Origin: a virus | Lineage: Duplodnaviria; Heunggongvirae; Uroviricota; Caudoviricetes | Virus record (IMG/VR): IMGVR_UViG_2778261069_000007 | Direction: 5' to 3' (one strand) | Length of the DNA stretch: 21,445 nucleotides | In this document: piece by piece, positions 1 to 5,707 of the stretch | Layout: each line of letters starts with the position of its first letter | How positions within the stretch are numbered: the stretch's first letter is position 1 | The notes under the pieces: generated by a model | Told to the model about the DNA's origin: nothing | The model's input: the letters and a program-made list of their open reading frames with translations, nothing else | Database searches by the model: none | Position numbers and translations under genes: made by a program

Positions 1-496
1 TCATAAGGCTGAAAGTCAGTCTTTCTTTGTATTTTTTATTTATTGCAGTTACTTCTTTTTGTTTTGGTTTATCACCAAGTTTTTTTATTTCTTCTTTATT
101 TTGATTTCTGATAAATTCATTACTTATTGTTTCTAAATGAGAAAAGAGAGTGTTCAGACTGCATGAACCGTGGTGATACATATAGAGACCAGAAAGATTA
201 GATTTTTTAATTAAGAAAAAGTTGAAATTAGCAAGTTTGTCACTTCCTTTAAGATCTTCAATTTTAAGCTGGAATTTACCATCAACAAATTGCGACTTAC
301 AGTTCTTTTTTTGGTTTCTGAATGTGACAACTAATCCATAATAGAAATCATTCACATCCGAAATGAGAATTTTACGAGTATAGTCTGTGCGACTGTGTTC
401 TCTGTTTGATGCGTTGATAAAAGCATTCATTACGTCAACGGTATTAATGTTTTTGTTATTGTTATTTATTGTAAATCCTATGCTTCTAACTTTCAT
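1..496 (-). CDS. Hypothetical protein, partial (3' end beyond window start); AT-rich accessory (moron) gene
   Basis: Minus-strand frame open from ATG (complement of 494-496) to position 2, then continues off the window; translation begins MKVRSIGFTINNNNKNINTVDVMNAF. First 60 nt are about 27% GC, against roughly 55% in the structural genes. A perfect TATAAT on the minus strand (complement of 575-580) lies about 80 nt upstream. No recognisable family. Confidence 0.45.
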   Translation of the reverse strand, partial: MKVRSIGFTINNNNKNINTVDVMNAFINASNREHSRTDYTRKILISDVNDFYYGLVVTFRNQKKNCKSQFVDGKFQLKIEDLKGSDKLANFNFFLIKKSNLSGLYMYHHGSCSLNTLFSHLETISNEFIRNQNKEEIKKLGDKPKQKEVTAINKKYKERLTFSLM

Positions 497-620
497 GTGT
501 ATTCCAGGACCGACTAAAGATAGCGAGAATGGGGACGCATAGTTTATAAAAATCCTAACGCGTACGCAAAAAGTATTATATCGTGTTAAGAGTGGTTACT
601 TCGCCACACAACTTAAATCC

Positions 621-638
621 GCCGCTGAGCGGTTTTTT
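621..638 (+). terminator. Putative intrinsic terminator (short GC hairpin CCGC-TGA-GCGG followed by T6)
   Basis: Hairpin 622-632 followed by TTTTTT 633-638. No + strand gene lies upstream, so it may end a short leader or small RNA. Confidence 0.35.
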
Positions 639-769
639 GTACCTGTAAACCTGGTGCAGTACAGTAAACACGCTGGTGGTCGTGAATACTGACTTTTTAT
701 CTTGCTGGCTTTTTAGACAAGAGTTATTGGTATGTCATGTTAACCAGAAGGGAAAAAGACATGCTAAAA

Positions 770-964
770 CAGCAAGATATGACAGAAACCGCCGCTGCAG
801 TCCTTCATTTCTTACCTGCTGACAAGTGGGTAACGCCACGCATGATGACGAGAACTACCGGAGTAAGCGAAGCCCGGTGCCAGTTAATACTGACTCAGTT
901 AGTTATGGCGGGTCTGGCGAAGGATAACGGCGGGTACGGGAATAAATTCAGACGCTGCCAGTAA
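770..964 (+). CDS. Small hypothetical protein, possibly a winged-helix DNA-binding regulator
   Basis: ORF 737..964; the internal ATG at 770 follows a purine-rich stretch (GAAGGGAAAAAGAC). The segment VTPRMMTRTTGVSEARCQLILTQLVMAGLAKDNGG looks like a wHTH recognition helix plus wing. Sits directly upstream of the methyltransferase. Confidence 0.4.
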   Translation, partial: QQDMTETAAAVLHFLPADKWVTPRMMTRTTGVSEARCQLILTQLVMAGLAKDNGGYGNKFRRCQ

Positions 965-1055
965 TGGCGGTTTCCTGCTGTGAAAATGGGCGGCTGGTGG
1001 GTGTTGGTAGCACCTGCCAGCCATTCGCTCATGCTTACTGGTCACAAGCGAACCT

Positions 1056-1092
1056 CGGCCCACTGCGGCCCACTGCTTTAGCGCAAAAGCAG
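1056..1092 (+). repeat. Perfect 10-bp tandem repeat (CGGCCCACTG x2, 1056-1075) abutting a 7-bp-stem hairpin (CTGCTTT-AGCGCA-AAAGCAG, 1073-1092)
   Basis: Read directly from the sequence, in the leader about 35 nt upstream of the methyltransferase start. No T-run follows, so it is not a classic terminator. Confidence 0.5.
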
Positions 1093-1124
1093 AGTGAGCC
1101 TACCAGAGTTACGCTTACTGATCC

Positions 1125-2177
1125 ATGAAAAATACTGTAAAAATAAACAGTGTTGATTTAATCAACGCTGATTGCCTGCATTTTATTCAGTCCCTGCCTG
1201 ATGATTCCATTGACCTGATTGTTACCGATCCGCCGTACTTCAAGGTGAAACCCAACGGCTGGGACAATCAGTGGAAAGGGGACGAAGATTACCTGAAGTG
1301 GCTGGACCACTGTCTGGCTCAGTTCTGGCGGGTGCTGAAACCTGCCGGAAGCCTTTACCTGTTCTGTGGACATCGCCTCGCATCTGATATCGAGATCATG
1401 ATGCGTGAACGTTTCAACGTTCTTAACCATATTATCTGGGCGAAGCCGTCCGGACGATGGAACGGGTGTAATAAAGAAAGTCTGCGCGCATATTTTCCCG
1501 CAACAGAACGCGTTCTGTTTGCTGAACATTACCAGGGGCCATATCGCGGCAAAAGTGACGGCTATGCGGCAAAAGAAAGTCAACTCAAACAGCACATAAT
1601 GGCACCGCTGATTTCGTATTTCAGGGATGCTCGTGCCGAACTGGGTATAACGGCAAAACAGATTGCCGAAGCCACTGGTAAGAAAAACATGGTTTCCCAC
1701 TGGTTTGGTGCCAGTCAGTGGCAGTTGCCGAATGAGGCTGACTACCGGAAGTTGCAGGCACTGTTTTCCCGTATAGCGGCAGAGAAGTTTCAGGAACAAC
1801 AACTGGAACAACCACACCACCAGCTGGTGGCATCTTATGATTCACTGAATCGCAAATATTCTGAATTGCTGGATGAGTTTAAAACTCTCCGGCGCTATTT
1901 CTCCGTATCAGTTTCCGTGCCTTATACCGACGTCTGGACGCATAAACCCGTTCAGTTCTACCCGGGTAAACATCCGTGTGAGAAGCCTGCGGATATGCTC
2001 CGGCAAATAATCAATGCCAGTAGTCGACCAGGCGATCTGGTTGCTGATTTCTTTATGGGATCCGGTTCCACAATAAAAGCAGCAATGGCGATGGGGCGTC
2101 GGGCGTTAGGTGTTGAGCTTGAGTCAGATCGGTTTAACCAGACGGTGAAAGAGGTAAGTGAACTGGTGGGGAAATAA
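1125..2177 (+). CDS. DNA methyltransferase, beta-class amino-methyltransferase (N6-adenine or N4-cytosine); apparently orphan
   Basis: 350 aa. Catalytic DPPY motif (IVTDPPYF) near the N-terminus and AdoMet-binding FxGxG motif (DFFMGSGST) near the C-terminus, the motif order of beta-class MTases. No obvious restriction partner. Confidence 0.9.
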   Translation: MKNTVKINSVDLINADCLHFIQSLPDDSIDLIVTDPPYFKVKPNGWDNQWKGDEDYLKWLDHCLAQFWRVLKPAGSLYLFCGHRLASDIEIMMRERFNVLNHIIWAKPSGRWNGCNKESLRAYFPATERVLFAEHYQGPYRGKSDGYAAKESQLKQHIMAPLISYFRDARAELGITAKQIAEATGKKNMVSHWFGASQWQLPNEADYRKLQALFSRIAAEKFQEQQLEQPHHQLVASYDSLNRKYSELLDEFKTLRRYFSVSVSVPYTDVWTHKPVQFYPGKHPCEKPADMLRQIINASSRPGDLVADFFMGSGSTIKAAMAMGRRALGVELESDRFNQTVKEVSELVGK

Positions 2178-2227
2178 TTCTGGTGTCAGAGCTTTTATTC
2201 GCTAATTTTTTCACTGGGAGGCTATTT

Positions 2228-2485
2228 ATGCATTCACACCATCATCAAATATCTATGATCCCACTTACCATGAGTTCACCCATTAAAGGTTTTTCACTGT
2301 ATGTAGAAAGCGAAGACATGGCTGTCGCTATAGCTGAGCTTGAAAATGCCTTATCACAGCTCAAGAACGGAGATAAGGCATTCAAAGAAAGTGGCACGCT
2401 GGTTGGTAACGTCAGAGCAAGTTATTGCTATCCTTACCGTCCTCATTGTGCCGCGAAAGGTCTTTATTGGGATGAAGGGGATTAA
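2228..2485 (+). CDS. Hypothetical small protein, about 85 aa
   Basis: ORF 2183..2485; ATG at 2228 is preceded by GGGAGG at 2215-2220. Its stop codon overlaps the stop of the convergent minus-strand gene (TTAA at 2482-2485). No recognisable family. Confidence 0.4.
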   Translation: MHSHHHQISMIPLTMSSPIKGFSLYVESEDMAVAIAELENALSQLKNGDKAFKESGTLVGNVRASYCYPYRPHCAAKGLYWDEGD

Positions 2486-2994
2486 GCAAGGACTTGTTCA
2501 CCGATAGTTACTGGTAACGGACAAATGTATTCCCAGACTGGATCAGGGTTAAAAGTTTTTCCTGACCAGTAAAGCTCCATTCTGTAGGTGAATTCCAATA
2601 CCGATGTATCATTTCTTAATAATGACATATCTCCGCGATGATAACTATCTGTTTGTATTATGAAAATTTTATCTGATGGTTTTCCGTCTGTAAGTCGAAA
2701 ATGTTTAGCCTCCTCCAGGTTACCCCAGGCGAAGAGTGACGTATAGCGAGAAGGTTTTTGCGGGCAAACTCCTCTTCGGTAAAACTCAAGTCCCCAGTCG
2801 ATGAGTTCGTTTTTATTATAAATTTTTGCCGCATTATTAATGAGGTATCCTTCGCCTTGTGGAGCAAGCCCGCGCGGAAAAAGTTTGTCTACCAGAGATG
2901 ACATTTCAACAGGAGTTATATCGGAGAATTGCTTTGGTGTAACGATATCGCCTGTTGAGTATATTCCTCGGCGATCAACCATAAATAGTTTCAT
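2482..2994 (-). CDS. Hypothetical protein, about 170 aa; accessory (moron) gene of unknown function
   Basis: ORF 2482..3006 on the minus strand. The second ATG (2994) has a GGAG RBS six nt upstream on the minus strand, so it is the likelier start. About 40% GC. Transcribed against the surrounding late genes, so it must have its own promoter in 2995-3211. No known motif recognised. Confidence 0.55.
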   Translation of the reverse strand: MKLFMVDRRGIYSTGDIVTPKQFSDITPVEMSSLVDKLFPRGLAPQGEGYLINNAAKIYNKNELIDWGLEFYRRGVCPQKPSRYTSLFAWGNLEEAKHFRLTDGKPSDKIFIIQTDSYHRGDMSLLRNDTSVLEFTYRMELYWSGKTFNPDPVWEYICPLPVTIGEQVLA

Positions 2995-3023
2995 TAATTT
3001 CTCCATTGATAGTTGTTACTTTT

Positions 3024-3060
3024 GGCGATGTAACGATATCAAACGAGAATTTATATCGCC
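3024..3060. promoter_or_regulatory. Imperfect palindrome GGCGAT...GATATC...ATATCGCC in the divergent intergenic region; candidate operator
   Basis: GGCGAT (3024-3029) is the reverse complement of ATCGCC (3055-3060). The 12-mer TGTAACGATATC occurs at 3029-3040 and again at 2938-2949, inside the 5' end of the minus-strand gene. Confidence 0.3.
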
Positions 3061-3235
3061 AGATGCTTAATCTGACACTTCATCTGACCCTAGTATGTGC
3101 CGGTTTTTTTTATTTAAGGCCGCTGACAGGTCCATTTAGTGCGACGCCTTTCCCCGTTTCCGCTCCTGGAATATTCGGGGATTTTTTATTCCCTCAATTT
3201 GCACCCGCGATATGTGCGAGGTGAGAGATGACGAA

Positions 3236-3571
3236 ATGCCTCATAACCCAAATACCTGGCCGGACTGGCTGGAGTTGTTCCAGAGCTGGTGGCGTGGAGA
3301 TACGCCGCTGGGCGCAGTGATTATGTCGATTGTTATGGCTGGTTTGCGTATTGCCTATTTTGGTGGTGGTGGCGGCTGGAAACGAAAAACACTCGAAATT
3401 TTGCTCTGTGGCGCTCTGACGCTGACATTTGCATCCGCGCTTGAGTATGTCGGATGGCCTAAATCGCTTTCTGTTGCCATTGGTGGTGGGGTGGGGCTGA
3501 TCGGGGTCGATGCAATTCGTGGGGCTGCAATGAGAGTAATCGGTAACAAGTTTGGTGGCTCTAAGGAGTAA
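3236..3571 (+). CDS. S: Holin, lambda S-like (class I, three predicted TM segments)
   Basis: Pattern and length resemble lambda S (hydrophobic segments, glycine-rich turn, charged C-terminus). Directly precedes the endolysin. ORF opens at 3212; start at the in-frame ATG 3236 was chosen, but 3212 is possible (dual start?). Confidence 0.8.
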   Translation: MPHNPNTWPDWLELFQSWWRGDTPLGAVIMSIVMAGLRIAYFGGGGGWKRKTLEILLCGALTLTFASALEYVGWPKSLSVAIGGGVGLIGVDAIRGAAMRVIGNKFGGSKE

Positions 3572-3574
3572 TTT

Positions 3575-4051
3575 ATGCAGGTACTAAATTCCCAGCGTAA
3601 AGCTTTCCTCGATATGGTGGCATGGTCAGAAGGAACGGATAATGGACGGCAACCGACATGTAACCACGGTTATGACGTTATTGTTGGAGGCGAACTATTC
3701 ACTGATTACTCCGATCATCCTCGCAAACTTGTCACACTAAACCCGAAACTTAAATCAACAGCAGCTGGTCGTTATCAGATTCTTTCACGCTGGTGGGATG
3801 CTTACTGTAAACAGCTTGGCCTGAAAGACTTCTCTCCAAAAAACCAGGACGCTGTGGCACTGCAACAGATTAAAGAGCGTGGCGCTTTGCCGATGATTGA
3901 TCGCGGCGATATTCGTCAGGCAATCGACCGTTGCAGCAATATATGGGCTTCATTACCCGGTGCAGGTTACGGTCAGTATGAACATAAAATCGGTGACCTG
4001 ATTGCCCGATTTAAAGAGGCTGGTGGGGTGGTAAATGAAGTTGAGCTATAA
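3575..4051 (+). CDS. R: Endolysin, lambda R-type lytic transglycosylase
   Basis: 158 aa; near-collinear with lambda R as recalled (QRKAFLDM-AWSEGTDNGRQ, NHGYDVIVGGELFTDYSDHPRKLVTLNPKLKST, GALPMIDRGDIRQAIDRCSNIWASLPGAGYGQ). AAGGAG RBS at 3561-3566. Confidence 0.95.
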   Translation: MQVLNSQRKAFLDMVAWSEGTDNGRQPTCNHGYDVIVGGELFTDYSDHPRKLVTLNPKLKSTAAGRYQILSRWWDAYCKQLGLKDFSPKNQDAVALQQIKERGALPMIDRGDIRQAIDRCSNIWASLPGAGYGQYEHKIGDLIARFKEAGGVVNEVEL

Positions 4052-4427
4052 GCTGGTTATCGCTGCATTCCTTTTAACTGTCGTCAGTTCTTTCATCTGG
4101 TCAGCCAACCACTACTACAGCAAATATCAGCACGAAAAGAGACGTGCTGATGAGGCTGTACAAAATGCCAAATCGGCAACTGCCATTACCAATAACGTCC
4201 TGCAATCACTGCAAATCGTCAATACAGTACTGGAGGCTAACCAGCATGCAAAACAGCAGATCGCACTGGAGTCACAGAGAACCCAGGAAGATATCAAAAT
4301 GGCTGTTGCGGATGATGATTGTGCTTCACGTCCTGTGCCTGCTGCCGCTGCTGACCGGTTGCGGAAGTACGCGGACAGTTTACGTGAGCGTTCCGGTGAC
4401 ACCACTGCCACCCAGCCTGACGTCTGA
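4035..4427 (+). CDS. Rz: i-spanin Rz
   Basis: 130 aa; N-terminal TM segment (LVIAAFLLTVVSSFIW), coiled-coil-like middle, charged C-terminus. Start overlaps the end of R, as in lambda. Confidence 0.85.
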   Translation: MKLSYKLVIAAFLLTVVSSFIWSANHYYSKYQHEKRRADEAVQNAKSATAITNNVLQSLQIVNTVLEANQHAKQQIALESQRTQEDIKMAVADDDCASRPVPAAAADRLRKYADSLRERSGDTTATQPDV

Positions 4428-4581
4428 AACTCCTGTACCGCTAATACCAAAACCGCTCACATATGGCGCAAGCCTCGACCTGAGTGTTGATTTGTTGTCA
4501 GCATTAGGGCAGTGCAATCAGGACAAAAAAGAAATCCGAATAATTGAGCAGCTGCGTAATAACGCCGATCAATATAAATAG
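4312..4581 (+). CDS. Rz1: o-spanin Rz1 (outer-membrane lipoprotein), overlapping rather than embedded
   Basis: Starts in the +1 frame inside Rz at ATGATG (4312). Signal peptide with lipobox LLTGC, then a proline-rich mature region (PVTPLPPSLTSETPVPLIPKP). Extends 154 nt past the Rz stop. Confidence 0.75.
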   Translation: MMIVLHVLCLLPLLTGCGSTRTVYVSVPVTPLPPSLTSETPVPLIPKPLTYGASLDLSVDLLSALGQCNQDKKEIRIIEQLRNNADQYK

Positions 4582-4651
4582 TATTAACAATACTGTATTG
4601 ATTTTATTTTTTCGTTAGACTTTTCCATGAGTTATGGATGAGGTTAACGAT

Positions 4652-4996
4652 ATGAATATAAAAAATTCAATTTTGTTAGTGATATCACTATTAGTGAGTG
4701 GTTGTGACAACGCACCTAAATTTGATGGTACCAGCCAGGAATCGCTCCGATATTCAGCAGAAAAAGTCTTTGAGTCATTATCTGAAGAGAAGAAGGCCGA
4801 ATTGAAAACGGCGATTGTCGATACTTTGGGGTACTACGATACTCAGGCAGAGTTAAGCAACGATAAAAGTTACTCTTCGAAGAAAATGAGTCTGGTAGTG
4901 TTCAATGGAAAAACGGCTGATCAGGTTATTTCCGAAGCTGCTACTTATCGGGAGAAAAAAGAAAAACTTATTCAACAATATCTGCACAAAAAGTGA
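4652..4996 (+). CDS. Hypothetical lipoprotein (moron) downstream of the lysis cassette
   Basis: ORF 4634..4996; ATG at 4652 is preceded by GAGGT. Signal peptide with lipobox LVSGC (MNIKNSILLVISLLVSGCDNAP). About 40% GC. Followed by a strong terminator. Occupies the position that bor holds in lambda but is not Bor-like in sequence. Confidence 0.6.
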   Translation: MNIKNSILLVISLLVSGCDNAPKFDGTSQESLRYSAEKVFESLSEEKKAELKTAIVDTLGYYDTQAELSNDKSYSSKKMSLVVFNGKTADQVISEAATYREKKEKLIQQYLHKK

Positions 4997-5001
4997 TAAA
5001 T

Positions 5002-5025
5002 GGCCGCAATGAGCGGCCTTTTACT
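5002..5025 (+). terminator. Rho-independent terminator (GGCCGC-AATGA-GCGGCC + TTTT)
   Basis: Perfect 6-bp GC stem 5002-5018 followed by a T-run, immediately after the lipoprotein stop. Confidence 0.6.
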
Positions 5026-5197
5026 TGTTATTTTTAGCGGGTCCTCCTGGCGATTTGAAACACCGGGGGGCTGTGGACACGCGGAAAACGGCTGGTTTTT
5101 TGCATTTTATCGGCATCATCATCTTTTATCTAACCTGTTGATATTTCAGTTGTGAAATTATTCACGATGTCGATTCGCTTAAATATTGTTCACCATC

Positions 5198-5704
5198 ATG
5201 GATAACGAACTGAAAAATCTTCGCCTCAATATTAACCAGCTGGCGGCGCTGACTAATCTGCATCGTCAGACCGTCGCAAGTAGACTGAGCAATGTTGAGC
5301 CTGCCCCCGGAAGTAACTCCCGCCTCAAGCTGTATTCAGTTCTGGATATTCTCAGGGAATTACTGGGCAGGACTACGACGCCGGAGCTGGTTGCTGTTGA
5401 CAAAATGACACCGCCGGATCGAAAGGCGTGGTTTCAGTCTGAGCGGGAGCGCCTCAAGTTTCAGCAGGAGACCGGAGAGCTTATCCCGGCCTCAGAAGTC
5501 AGCCGGGAGTTTGCCTCAATGGCAAAAGCTGTCGTTCAGGTACTGGAAACGCTACCGGATATTCTCGAGCGTGACTGTGCAATGACACCGTCAGCCGTCG
5601 TCAGGGTGCAAAAAGTCATAGATGACCTGCGGGATCAGATTGCCATGAAGGTTGAGCTGGCAGAGTCGCCGGAACAGGAGGACAGTTTGTCACAAGAGGA
5701 GTAA
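5198..5704 (+). CDS. Terminase small subunit (Nu1-like, N-terminal HTH)
   Basis: ORF opens at TTG 5186; first ATG is 5198 (MDNELKNLRLNINQLAALTNLHRQTVASRL, HTH-like). Immediately upstream of the large terminase. Confidence 0.8.
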   Translation: MDNELKNLRLNINQLAALTNLHRQTVASRLSNVEPAPGSNSRLKLYSVLDILRELLGRTTTPELVAVDKMTPPDRKAWFQSERERLKFQQETGELIPASEVSREFASMAKAVVQVLETLPDILERDCAMTPSAVVRVQKVIDDLRDQIAMKVELAESPEQEDSLSQEE

Positions 5705-5707
5705 GCC

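Noticed and set aside
737-769. Upstream start (737) for the small wHTH ORF
   Set aside because: No Shine-Dalgarno-like sequence before 737; the internal ATG at 770 has a purine-rich stretch upstream. The gene itself remains low confidence.
960-1124. Possible tRNA or small RNA gene in the methyltransferase leader
   Set aside because: No T-loop consensus (GTTCGAATCC-like) or cloverleaf could be built; the structure is a simple hairpin with a tandem repeat, reported instead as a regulatory element.
1158-1820. 220-aa minus-strand ORF entirely inside the methyltransferase gene
   Set aside because: The + strand frame carries clear MTase motifs (DPPY, FxGxG); antisense ORFs of this kind are common artefacts in GC-rich coding DNA and it has no start or RBS context.
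2183-2227. Longer start for the small ORF after the methyltransferase
   Set aside because: The start at 2183 is not an ATG with RBS; GGGAGG precedes the ATG at 2228.
3330-3510. Runs of GGTGGTGG / GGTGGGGTGGGG that could look like short tandem repeats or G-quadruplex DNA
   Set aside because: They encode glycine-rich turns of the holin (FGGGGGW, AIGGGVGLIG) and are explained by coding constraints.
4579-4610. Palindrome AGTATT-AAC-AATACT followed by a T-rich stretch after Rz1, possible terminator
   Set aside because: The stem is almost entirely A-T and the T-run is interrupted; too weak to call, and the lipoprotein gene may be co-transcribed.
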